DNA of 64,000 nt from Paragordius varius (Eukaryota; Animalia; Nematomorpha): contig OZ176051.1 in the NCBI GenBank assembly GCA_964247055.1, positions 14,694,001 to 14,758,000 of the forward strand, read 5' to 3'. The stretch's first letter is position 1. Each line of letters begins with the position of its first letter. Positions 48,867 through 62,341 of the stretch are shown piece after piece. A model generated the notes under the pieces. The model had not been told where the DNA came from. It saw only the letters and a program-made list of their open reading frames with translations, and did not search any database. Made by a program: the position numbers and the translations under genes.

Positions 48867-51723
48867 GAGGGTAAGTGAGAGGGAAGGCAATGGCAAACCA
48901 CCCTCGTTTATTACTGCCAAAAAATAGTTTTTCTATATGAATTTAACAAGAATTTTCAAAGTTGGATGCTGGAATGTACGTTCATAACATCAACTAAACA
49001 GGTGATAATTGAAAAGGAAATGGAAAGATTGAACTTAGATATACTGGGTCTAACGGAAACCAAGCAAAAAGGTAGCGCGAAAGTACAAAACGAAAATTAT
49101 ACATTGTTAAGATCGGGGAGAGATGACCAGAAATCTGAAGGCGTTGCAGTATTAATAGAAAAACAAATTTATTAAAAGTCTCATTAGTTATACACCATAT
49201 ACACCCAGAATCATGAGTATTAGGCTGAATGCCAAGCCACTTAAATTTACATACATAGTAGTCTATGCTCCTACGTCAAACGCTCCCAAAGAAGACATAG
49301 AGGACTTTTATGCAACGTTGCAAATAGTTTTGGATGAAACGAAGAAAGGAGATATGATTATCATAGGAGGGGATTGGAACAGCAAAGTTGGTAGAGGTAG
49401 AGTAGATCAAATAGTCGGGCCATATGGATTGGGAGAACGAAACGAGGCCGGGGAAGCACTGATCAATTTTTGTCAAGAAAATGAGATGATGATAACCAAC
49501 ACATGGTTTCCACAACACAATAGGAGGTTATACACATGGACCTCTCCATGTGGTAAATATAAGAATCAAATTGATTACATAATGTGCCCTCAAAAATGGA
49601 AAAGCTCTATAATTGATACCAAAACAAGCAAAAGCAGCGATTGCTCTAGCGATCATGAGCTTTTAATAACCAAAATCAAACTTAAAATAATTAAAAATAA
49701 GGTTAAACAGATATACAGATATGACACTCGGAACATTCCAAATAGTTTTAGAACAGAAACCAAAGATAGATTAGAAAGATTGGACAATGGATGTAGCTCA
49801 GAACAATTATGGGGAACGATAAAAAATGTTGTTAATGAAGTGGCAAAAGAAAAAGTGCAGAGAGTAAAGAGGAAAGATAACAAATGGATATCAGAAAAGA
49901 GTATAGAGCAGAAAAGAGGAGAAAAGCTAAATCAAGAGGTGATAATAAAATGGTAAAATTATATAACAAAGAATTTCAACGACAAACAAGGAAGGATTAC
50001 GAAGATTTTCTTAATAAACAATGTCTGGAAGTGGAATTAAATAACAAAAAAGGATTAATGCAACCAATGTTCCAGAAACTGAAGCAAATGACTCATAAAC
50101 CTTTTATATCATCACAAAAGATTAAAAAAGAGAATGGCACCATATTGTGCAAACAAACAGAAGTACGAGAAAGATGGAAGGAATACACCCAAAAACTCTA
50201 TCAGGCTCCTCAAACAAAGGTGTTGCAATTAAAAGAAGAAGAACGTGATCCAGATATATTAAGAAGGTTGAATTAGCCTTAAAACATATTCCTAACAACA
50301 AAGCGACGGGATTAGACAATATCCCAATAGAGTTCATAAAAGCTATTTCCGTTGAAAAGTTACACCAGTTATGTCTAAAGGTGTGGGAAACAATCATCTG
50401 TATATCTCCCAATATATAAAAAAGGAGATGTACTCCAATGCGAGAATTATCGGAACATATCTCTTATCACGCTAGTAAGGTCTTATTAAAAGTAATACAA
50501 AACAGAATGCACAGTATCATACAGACAGAAATACCAGAAAATCAAGCCGGATTTATGAAGGGAAAAAGCACAAGAGACCATATCTCAAACATGAGAAGGA
50601 TAATGGAAACATCAAAAGAGTTCCAGAAAGAATTATACATGTGTTTTATTGATTACAGACAAGCATTCGATTCAATTAACTATGACTCCTTGTGGGAAAC
50701 ATTAAAGTTAGTAGGGGTATCGTCTCACTTAATAAGATTGATTAGCTCTCTCTATGTAAAACAAAGAGCGATTATTAGAACATCAGCGGGGGACACAGAC
50801 GAAATACCTATCTTGAAAGGAGTCAGACAAGGGTGTTGCTTATCCCCTTATCTGTTCAATATGTGCACAGAAATGATAATGAGGAAGTTGGACGGTAAAA
50901 ATATTGGAGTAAGAAGGAGGGAGAACAATCAATAATTTAAGGTTTGCAGACGATACCACTCTTATAGCTGAAAGTGCAAATGATTTGAAGGAATTGATTG
51001 AAGAGATACGAAAGGAAAATTTGAGGTATGGTCTTAGGCTTAATCCTAACAAAACCAAAATATTATGTACAGGAAAAAAGCCTACAATTATAATAGAAGG
51101 AGTAGAAATAGAAATAGTTAAACAGTTGACGTTTTTGGGCGCAATAATTTCAGAGGATGGGTCTTCAACTCCTGACATCAGAAAGAGAATAGGATTGGGC
51201 AGAGAAGTGATGACAAAATTAATAAAGATTTGGAAAAACAAAAGCGTAGGAGTTGAAATCAAAAAAAGATTACTCTACTGTTTCGTTATCCCGGTCACCA
51301 CATATGGATGTGAGAGTTGGACTCTCAGAAAAAGGGACAAAGAAAGGCTCATGGCTTTTGAAAGGAGTTGCTGGCGTAGGATGCTAGGATACACCTGGAA
51401 GGATAAAATTAAGAATGGAAATCTAACTACAAAAATAAAACCTAAAACAAACATCATGGAGATAATTCTAAAAAGAAAGTTAACATTTTTTGGTCATGTC
51501 ATGCGATCGAATTCTCTGGAGAAATATACAATGTTTGGGAAGGTAGAAGGGCAAAGGAAACGAGGCCGACCACCGATGAGGTGGTTGGATACGATAAAAG
51601 AAGAGCCAAAATGACATTGAAAGAGCTCAATATAGCGGTTCAAGATAGAAAAAAATGGAAAGAAATAGTTAAAACTATATCCAAAAAGTCGTTTACGACT
51701 TAGGAAAAACCAAACCAAACCAA
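48867..51723 (+). mobile_element. RTE-clade LINE, near full length, frameshifted (APE endonuclease + reverse transcriptase)
   Basis: APE motifs KVGCWNVRS, LGLTETK, VYAPT, GDWNSKVG, QIDYIM and SSDH. RT motifs QAGFMKGKSTRDHI, FIDYRQAFDS, GVRQGCCLSPYLFN and RFADD (~50940). C-terminal FFGHVMR...GQRKRGRPPMRWLD. 3' hairpin AAGTCG/CGACTT and a (CAAAC)n tail. No TSD recognised. Confidence 0.95.
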
Positions 51724-54700
51724 TGTGAAGCATTTATAGATCCCTTGGTCTTAAAATTAAAATATTTTGTGTAAAATATATTTAATATTTACTGTAAATG
51801 ACAATGATATCTTTTTGAAATGGTCATAAAAGTGGGCATTATCGAATTATATAAAAAGTTTTTATAATATCTTAGAGGGCTACCGTTTTCAGAATGCTCC
51901 GAAATTCCATAAAATACGGTTTATCGATGTTTTACTAAGAATATAATATTCAACAAAGTATGTATTTTTTCAAAAATAATATTTTATGCTGCCATAATCT
52001 AGCATATATAAAAAAATCTTATCTCAAATCTCGACATTTTTGTTCATTTAAAAAAAAATTATGGGTTTTGAAGCCCGCATCTGAAAATTTTTGATACTAA
52101 ATATGATAAGTGAGATTCGGAATCAAGCCTATTAGATTCACAAAAAAACAACAATATATGGGCAAATTTTGCCATATTCTGATATATAGGGATTTCCCCC
52201 AATGTGTAAATAATTTTCAAAAATAATTCTTAAGGCCCACAACTAAAAGCAGTATGGATGACCTGATACATTTATCTAACTGTCATATTTTATTACATTA
52301 TTTTTTAAAACCCACCGATTTTGTACCTGACTAGATTCTTTCAATATAAAATATATGTATGAAATTTCTAAAATCTATTTAAGCAAATACCGATTTTGTT
52401 TGTGTTGTGTTCGTAAAATGCACTACATAAGTCGTTCGTATCAACTGTTGGTATCCTAAGGATTAGGAGAGTGAGAAATATTTAAACAATTATTTACAAA
52501 TATTAAAAGCCAAATAGCACAATAAATATTGAAATTATACAGAAAACGTAAACACGCAAAGACAAATTTTTTAAGGAAACTGTGGTCTTCTAAACCCAAG
52601 TTTTTTATGCATAACCCATTTTGAGAAATGCAATGTATGAAATAGAGAAGCATTAGTATTACAATTAATAATATTTTTATAATTAAAATTGAATAATTAA
52701 AAAAAATATTGTTGTCTCACAAAAAAATTCTCTATGTTTTTCCGTTTTGTCTGTATTTTAAGCTTTAGATTCTTAAATTAAACTTTTTTAATATATTGCA
52801 ATTTGAAAACAAGACTTTTGAAGGTATATGAATCTTATAGGAATCGATAGCCAAAACTGCAATCAATATAAAAATATATTATCAACTCTATCAATTTTCA
52901 AACGAAAAAGCATTTTTATAGTCAAATAAAGAGAAATCACAAAAGGGTCCTGCCTGTTTTTAGTAAGAAGTCTATTACCTACCCATTAATATTTTTTTAT
53001 AAGGAACGTGTAAAACAACTACCGGCCTTTCAAAATCAAACTTCCAAAAATAATAAATTAATTACAATTGTACATAAAATTTGTTGACATTATTATATTT
53101 AAGCTTGTACTCGTATAGGCACTACTTCTGAATTTTGATCCCATAATGATAATTAGTTATAAAATGATAAAAAATGTTCCACCTATCAATATGTTATTAT
53201 AATAATAAATACCTTACATTTTAGTATAATTATAAAAACTTACGATTGTCTCAATATTTGGATGTTGTAATCGTAGTCATTTATTCGAAGGTTAATCTAG
53301 TGTAATTATAATTGGAATGCTATTAATAAATGTTTACTATCAATATATACTCTTTACGATTACTATATTGAACATATAAAATTAAAATTATTACGAAATA
53401 CTTTATCCTTTTCGTAATAAACAAATATTTTGAAAAAGATTCTGGCTAAGCGAGAGTTTTTGGGCATAAATCTCATATTTAATAAAAAATAATTGGCTGT
53501 AATTAATTAAATTCACCTATATATATATATATATATATATATTAGACCATATATTGAATTAGTTATTAATAACTTAATATAATGTAAATTTTTTGCCGTT
53601 TGCTAGCAAATCACTTGTTATTTTGGGACTTATAGAATGATAAAAAATGGCTATGCCGATGTTCAAACATTAGTATAAGTACTGAATTTTGTGATTATTT
53701 AGGAAGCATGAATACTTCAAACAAACAGTATATATTTTTAACTCTCATCAAATGTTACAATAAAAAATGTCAAGGAAAACGTATATGATATATTTGAAAA
53801 ATATTTAACCTTTTCGTATTTCATGCTTTTGGCCTTTTGATTATGTACCGAGAATTTTGGAAACGTTTCAAGTTTTATAGAATTGAGCTGTATAACATTT
53901 AAGGTTAGAAATTTTTATTATTCTTTATCCAGTAAAAAAAGCAATAAAAAGATGCTATTTTTCCGTCGGAGATACATTTTGATGGCACATTATAAAAAAT
54001 ATTATTATAATGCCATAACCATGACTACTGTTTGATATATATATATATATATATAATATTGTGAAAACCAATCTTAATGGAATGTTTCAAATTTAATTGA
54101 AATAAAAATATTTTCTATAAATCTATTATGTTTGAAAAACCCAAATTTATGAATACGCTGTTTTCAAAATCCAAAAAATGAGTAATTCATTTAGAAAAAA
54201 TTTAGAAACGTAAAATGTAAATCGGGGTACTCTGTTATTATAACTATTAATAGAGTAAACGCTAAAGATGTTTTACTGACCTATACCTTCGGATAGATAA
54301 ACAAAGAAGCGGTGGAAAGCTTTAAAATTGGTTTTGCTTTACTATTCAATCAATCAAAGTAAATTATTCAAACGATTTTATATCTTACCTGTTAGTAAAG
54401 AGCGAAAAATATTAATTGATTTCCATAAATATAGTATATCATTTATAAAATTATAAGGTTCTAATATAAACCTCATTAAATAATATTTATAATTTTTAAA
54501 TAATTCTCTTTTCAAAAATCCATCAAAACTTTAAAGACATATTTATCTTAAACATTATCACTGAAGCTATTCAGTTTTTATCATTTTTATTAATATTATT
54601 ATCATAAATATGACAATTAGGCTTAATGTTTAAAAAGCTATTTAAAATATTTGGTATTTTTTGTTTTTTGCATTCATTTCTCTCATATGACGCTATACAG

Positions 54701-55317
54701 TTTTGCCAAGTGTACAAACGGATCATTTTACAAATTAGGAGTGATGTTTTTATTTTGGGATTACTACGACATTGATAAACTTTGCCAAAACCGGAATCGT
54801 TTTATTAAAATGAAGGCTAATAAAGGTATCTACCGAATAGCTATGTTTAATTAGTTTATGTGACCAATTCAAATTTTGAAAATGAGCTACAAAAATTTAT
54901 CACAGGCTACCTTTCTTCAAATTACTGTAAATAAAAATCATATCCATATATAAGTTTAAAATATATCTAAACTATAGATCATTAAAATATATGAAAAGTT
55001 TTTGAAATCGTTGAAACCACGTTCCTTTCAAAACATTTCATAAGCGATATCCAATTTTTTGGTTTTAAAACGGTTTCAAGAAGATTCACATTTCAGTTCC
55101 AGTTTAAAGCTATGAATAACTGTTTAAATAATGTTTTGTGAGTACAAAACTACAATCATTATAGGATATTTAATTAGAATTTGTTATTTTTTGTGTGGAC
55201 TTTATAAGAATATGTTTGCGTAAAATTTGGCTGTTAAAGTTAGGGTTGTATTAACAACCATGAGAGCTTAGATTAAAATAAATCAATTAATATCGCAATC
55301 GAAAAATAGGTGTAAAC

Positions 55318-58300
55318 CTTGTTTAATATTTTTTCTTGAATGGACGGAGGCAAATGGATACTTTCATTTATCATGTGAATGACCTCCCTTCTTAAAGCGT
55401 TAAATAATTGATTGACCTGAGTGCAATTAAAATATATTAGTTAAATACTGTGCGATAATTAACAAAGGTAAACTATAATATATGTAATTAACAGATATGA
55501 TAGTTTAAATCAGGGTTGCTCCCTAAAAAATTTTAAAGGGCCAAAAAAATATTTTTATTGTCTCAAAGGCCATGATACCGATAAAATTTTCATAGCTGTT
55601 TTACGCATTTGCTTATATTTTTCCAAATAGGTATATCAAAAATTAAAAAAATAGTTCAGGGCCCCGCACGCGTCCCGTAGGCCGCGGTTTAAAAATCGCT
55701 GGTCAAAACAATAGTAAAAAATGTGTGTATTACTTGAACCAGTTGATTCTTTGAATAAAGGACTTGATAGGCTATATTTATAAAGATATCTGGAAAATGG
55801 TTTTCTGTTATATAATTACAATAATGTGGATGTTCGCTAATTTCAGTACATGCGCTAATGTATGGGCAAATCAAATCTTGATAGTATTGAGAGTTTTTTG
55901 TTTGGACATAGCGTGTATTAAGTATCAAATGATTGTAAATAAGGTAGAGGTACATAGTTCTAATAGTATGCAAATATGCCGGTCTAACTGCTTATGATTA
56001 TGGAGTTAATACATACTATAATGAGCAATATATGACTAAAAAAATCTTACATAAACATATGCAAATTAAGATAGAGCGATCTCATATTATTAATGTAAGA
56101 CTCTTTCAAATATAGAAAATTTATGAATAATTACCCTGGACAACAAATTTTTCTGCCACTCGAGTTTTTTGCATTTTCTAATAATTAGTATCATTTAACA
56201 GTAAACTGAAATAATAATTATAACTCGTTGGAAGAATTTTGTATAATTTGATTTTTTTGATTATGCGCCCTCTAAAATTTAACTAAAAAATGTATTTCTT
56301 TGAAAATATACAAGTAATGCCCATTTGTCATATATCATTCGAAAGAGTAATAAAAACTCTATATAATGTTTACAAATATGTATTACATCGACGATTAATA
56401 TTGGACACAAAGAGCGACGAACGCGCGAAGCGAGAGCATTTTTTTTAATTATTATATTTTTAAAACTAATGGATGAAAATAGCTTAAACTTTGTTAAGAT
56501 GGTGATGAATGTGCAAAAAAGAAAACACAAGAAAGTTCTTGATTAAAACATTTTTTTATAGCTTTGTCACTGAAAACAGCCATTTTTAAGTTTTTTGTTT
56601 CCTAAAAATTACCATCTCATCAATATTAATTTATTTTCTTTACGAGGCTGATAATTTCGAAATTTTAAAGATAAAAACAAAGTTTAAGGTATTTTTGATC
56701 TTTTATTATGTAATAATACAGTTATAACTATGCATTTTAGTATCCACTAGGTAAAATATTTATGATAATAATTATTTTTATTAAAAAAGCAAACCAAAAG
56801 CTTTTTCAAACATATTTTTTAAATTAAATACTATTATAACCCTAATAATTATATTAAAATAATTTATATGATTTTCAAATTATATTGTCTGTGAAAATTC
56901 TTGACTTATTTAAGGATTGAAAATTTCGACCATTTAAATCCAAATAACTCTTACATCCGATTGATTTAAATGACTTACTACCATTTAAAAGATGCAGTTT
57001 TTTGCGCTCTTTCGAATGATATAAAATAAATAGCTTCATATCTAAAACTTTTAATTTTCGAAATTTCGAGTTTTTAATGTTAAATCGGGGCTAAAAACTT
57101 TTGATAAACTCAAATATAAAAAAATTCTTGCATGGTAGACCAATTTTCTTTTCAGATATACTAATTATGTCCTTTATGAAATAAATTTAAAATTTAAAAG
57201 AATGGCGGTTAAAAAAAGTTAAAATTTGTTGTCTAGTGTTATTAATTCAAAATTTGATTTTATACCACTACTTTTTTTACATACGTGATAAATATTATAT
57301 TCTGAAATGTAACAAGTTATTTTGATAAGCGTGGGGCACGATCAGGGAAAGTGCATTATGACCGCTGAGGAAAACCCTATATTTAATTATATTAGTAGAT
57401 GGTTTTAGATTCTGTCGATGATTGTTAATATTAAATAATATCCTCATATATTAAAATATTGTTAAAAAATTTTTCAGATTACATGTTGGATATGCTTTAA
57501 ACTTTTTTAAATTTAACAAATACTATATTTAAAATATATGTTACTATCGAAAAATAGCATAAGACTAAACCTTATTCCAGACCAGCTACTTAAATATTTA
57601 TTCTTAAGCAAATGATGGACCTTGGTTAGATATCTGATGGGAACTTCAATAGATGAAATATTTAAACGGTTTATCTCATCCAAGTATGAGTGAAACTAAA
57701 CAAAATATAAAATAGGAAAATTATAGGAAACAATATAATAGAAATTCATGATTAATATTAATTAATATATTTTTATTATAATATTATCAAACCAGAGGAA
57801 AATCTCGGATAAAACTGAGAGCTTTTTTGTAATTTTTCGATTCATCATAAACGGTGGCTTTTCTTATCTAAAAGATAAAAACGATTATTAGAATGATATT
57901 TAAAATTGAACAAAAACCTACATTATTTCTGCATATTTAGATTTTAGCATTTTGATCCAAAAATTCAAATTAAAGTAATATCAAACCGACGAAGCCCTTG
58001 ATGACCAAGTCAATTTACACTCTATTGTGCAATTATTTTTTATAACACTTTTTAAATTTTTTTTATCTATTAATCAATAATTTATAATAACTTTTTGACC
58101 ATTAAATATAAATAATTTAATTCAGGGAGGTACGATCCGCTTTTTTGGTATAGAAAAGGGATCTAAAAAATGTTTAAAATAATATAATCAAAAATTTACG
58201 ATTATTTAGAAGATATAGCAGCATCTAAAATTTGGAAAAAAAATTAAACACCAAAAATTATCAAAGGAGCCGCGAAGATAGTTGTGTTAAACAACCCCTA

Positions 58301-59404
58301 ATTAAATTATTAAGTTAATAACAGCTTAATTTAAGGTGACCCTGGAAAGTTGAAAGAAAAATATATTGAACTTATTAGCGAAAGGGGGTTTTTAGGGATG
58401 TTTTAACAAATTAAACTTATCCATCTCATTAATTGCTTAATATTATTATTCCTTTACACTGTTAAAAATGGATACCATAGCATGTTCCTGTTCCAAATCT
58501 ATTATTGATTTTGCGTCGATTGAGGTGAAGCCCAATGGTGATAGAAGACTGATAAGATATGTTTTGTAATTCTTCATAATGGTAGAATCGGCAAAAAATT
58601 TGGGCTCAGACATATGAAGTTTTGGGTATTTTAGAGATATTGTCCCAAACGATATTTCAAGTCGGCCTATAAGTTTTTGAACAATAAGCCGCTTTACATT
58701 GGTATTTAAAATCCGATTTTTATTATTATTATTATTATGTCTTTTTTGTTGACCATTTAGCCACATATCAAGATTAAGAGCCAGATTGAAGGAATTTGTA
58801 TTATTTTTGGAGGAACGGGTGAAAACAAGTTTAGTTTCCGGGTATAACTTAAATGATTTAAAAATATCTTCATAATTTATAGGTCGCCTAGTTTGCCATT
58901 TTCGAGTTTGACATGATCGATAAAAAGTATGCATCAATTGTTCAAAGGGATTCCGGTCATTTTCATGTTTGTTAATCAAATAATCTATCATTTGTGGTAA
59001 TATCAAATAAATACATAATGAAAGATAAGATATGCATTTAAATATAACTAAGATAAGAGATTTTTATCCCTATTCGTATAAATATATTACCAAAAACATC
59101 CTTGTTAATAATCTTAGCTATTTTAGTAAATTGATCTCCGCTTTTTTCACCAGGAGAAAAGTTGTAATCGAAATCTTTGCAACTATAATCATGAAAATTT
59201 ACACATGGGTTGGCGATTGTTCCCAATTGTGATGGTAACGACAAAAGACCTGAAAAATATAAAAAAATTGCAAAATAGATTGGTGTGATATAATATAAAA
59301 ACCTTTAAAAAATTACCTGGTATTTTTTTAACAAATGCCAAATAGTATATAATGGACAAAATATAATTATAACGAATAAATCTATTTAAGATCGAATCGG
59401 TCAT
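55318..59404 (-). CDS. M13 family (neprilysin/ECE-like) metallopeptidase, copy A; exons 1-7 in frame, 3' part degenerate or unresolved
   Basis: Exons 59317-59404, 59091-59249, 58476-58984, 57793-57867, 57571-57695, 55734-55959 and 55318-55416 join in frame with GT-AG. N-terminal hydrophobic anchor, NPCVNFHDYSC (~DPCxDFYxYAC), FYRSC, RTMYLYLIY (~RTxxNYLxW), then VNQLFNALRREV...IQEKILNK. The next candidate exon (~55110-54950) needs a frameshift and has two TGA codons. No HExxH was found. Confidence 0.75.
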
Positions 59405-60877
59405 TTATTTTAATATTTAATGATAAAAAGAAATATTAAATTACTTTTTAAAATTGAATCACTTTTTTATAGTAAAATACCTGAGGTATTCTAAGAAAAG
59501 GTCTTACGATTTTTTAAAAAATAATTATATGTAGTTAAATTTTCGTTCCTTCGATATCAGTTAGATCTTTTACGATTAGCTAATGTAAAAAAATATAGTT
59601 TATTTAACTAAAACAATTTTGCCTTTAGGCAAATACATTTCCAAAAAAAAATTCATATTTTTTCTTAAATGAAATAATTTTTATTATGTAGAATGATGTC
59701 ATAAGGGAAAACGAGTTATTTATGATTAAAAAATGGTGTCATAAATATAAAACTCTGATGACAATAAATTTTTGGTTTTTTAGATTGAATTCGAATACAT
59801 TCCCTATGATAGATATTCATAAAAACAACCTATATCTTATGTTTATTTTATTCTAGATATATCAAAAATTTTTGGTTTTTAATGGCACGCTCCCATTTCA
59901 ATCATAGAAAATTTAAAACGTAAAAAGTGTGTTTGACAAAAGGCCAAATATATTTTTACGAGAACTGTTTATGTACAGTTTTAACAATATATGCTATAAA
60001 TATATGTGAAGTAAGCATACATATTTAAATCCAGTATCAATGTTGTTATCTTCAATTTAAAATTTGAAAATTAAATTTCAAATTAACCTATAAAATGTTT
60101 GGACTTGAATGATTTCAACGAATAATGTTTTTTTATCAACTTAATCAATCAATATACTTTTAATTTTAAGATTACAAATTAAGGCTTATTTTTTTCTCGT
60201 TTATTAAGCAAAATCTAATTTTTAAAAATATATCAAGTACAAATGGTTGCAATATATGAAAAAAATAATAATTAGTTTTTAACATAGGACAGCAAATATT
60301 ACAAAAAAGAAAGCTTATCAAAATGGTAAAAATGAAAACTACTTTAATTTAACCTTTTCTGGATTAAAAATAATCTGATTTTCGTTTCCAACCGATTCCA
60401 CATTTCAGATCCTGAATTTTTATAGTCAAAATTAAAGATATAAAATTAATAAATAAAAATTTGTTTTATAGCCTATTAAATTTAATATATATTTGTTGAA
60501 AAATTAATGAGAGTATATATATATATGTATATATACATTATATTTTGGAATATTTAGTTTTTCACCCCTTATGTTTTATTGAAAAAAAATCGGTTTGTTA
60601 ACTATCCCATAACCTATATTATGTTATTGGTTCTCTGACAAGTAGACAAAAAGATCTAAAGTCGTTATGCAAAACATAATGGATATTTGAAGAAAGCAGA
60701 AAAAAAGAAACTAAATATGAATAAACAAATGATTTTATTTTGCTGCTCTTTATTTAAAACGAATTATTTGAGCAAACATAATTATATTTTTGTAAATTAT
60801 TTCAAAAAGAATTTTATATTTCGGTAATCAAAACCTTTTTGTTAAACTCTATAATATTATATAAAATATATTGATAA

Positions 60878-61935
60878 CTAGCATAAAACTCGTGCTGCTA
60901 CGCACTGAGGAAGCCCGTCGGACCTATGGGGGGGGTTAATTTGAAAGGGACAAGAAATTGATCTACATATGTGGATTATTTCGAAACATTATTTTATAGC
61001 TATGATCTCATAGGAATCTTAAAACGGTGCATTCATACTAATTTATTGTTTACTTGGGGGAAAAATAGATTTAAAAAATTATTTTTGTGGACTTTATTAT
61101 TTAAAAAAATGGCATTTTACAGGGGGAGCGGCTAAAAAGAGGGCCTAAATCAAAAAATTGAATCGACTATGTTCAGCGCGATCAAAAATAAGTAAACAAA
61201 AATCATATTTGAAATTGAATGGTCCAACACGTTCTCCAAAAAATTTACTTAACCCATTTTTCACACGGGATGGGCCCGAACTGGGGACCTAATTCCAAAA
61301 AAGGCGAAGCTATTGTCGGGGCATTCATTAATGACTATATTTTTTCGATATTTGGATTTGAATGGGTTCACCGGTTTTCCGGAAACAGATCACAAAGTTA
61401 CATGAGGTATCAGTTTTTAGCGGGTAGCTCCTTACCCAGCAGCTATCATCAAAGAAACGCCTGACTAAAGTTTTTGCCTCTTAACAGGGAATACGTGGAA
61501 TTCATATTGACGGTCTCATATCTTGTCGAAAAATAGATTTAAAAAAATATTTTTGTGGACCTTGTTTTTTGAAAAAGGTGGCATTTTACGGGGGGAGCGG
61601 GTAAAAAGAGGGCCTAAATCAAAAAAGTGACTTGATTATGTTTGGCGCAATCGAAAATAACTAAATAAAAATCATATTTGAAATTGAATGGTACAACACG
61701 TTCTCCGGAAAATTGTCTCAAAGACACAATTTTTGTGGACTTCTGTTTTCAAAAAAAACCCGTTTTTCACACGGGGTGGGCCCGAACTGGGGGCCTATTT
61801 CAAAAAAAGGGCGAAGCTATTGTCGGGGCATTCATTAATGATTATATTTTTTCAATATTAGGATTTGAATGGGTCTACCGGTTTTCCTGTACCAGATCAC
61901 AAAGCCAGCATTCTCCATTTTTATAAATATATAGA
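60878..61935 (-). mobile_element. Helitron family H, copy 4 (complete)
   Basis: On the minus strand: A|TCTATATATTTATAAAAATGG ... CTCAGTGCGTAGCAGCACGAG (hairpin) TTTTATGCTAG|T. It has the same two-unit internal structure as 1173-2195. Confidence 0.8.
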
Positions 61936-62341
61936 TGATAACGAGATCTCTGAAACGTATGCAACCAATTTATTAAGTAAAACGTTTCCTTGACGTAATT
62001 AAAGACCTATCTTATTTATCAGATATTTTTGATTTCAAAATCAAGCGACGATTACCGGTTCAATGAAATCAAATAGTTTAACTTCTAATAATAGCAACAA
62101 CAATAATTTTATTAATATATTTATTTTTCCACAGGCAAAAAACATTAATTTACATTTTCTATTCACTCACTAACTACTAGTTTTGAAATTATAATACCCT
62201 AAAAATTATGTAAAAAATTTCACTATTCTTTTTGTCATGATGCCGGGTCCGTTTTCTCAGAATAGCTGGTAAATTATTACTATATAATATATATGATAAA
62301 TTGATATGATTTACAATATATAAAATTTAATTTTATTTTCT

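Noticed and set aside
55764-55997. Hydrophobic plus-strand ORF resembling a membrane protein
   Set aside because: It is the antisense shadow of M13 A exon 6 (55734-55959).
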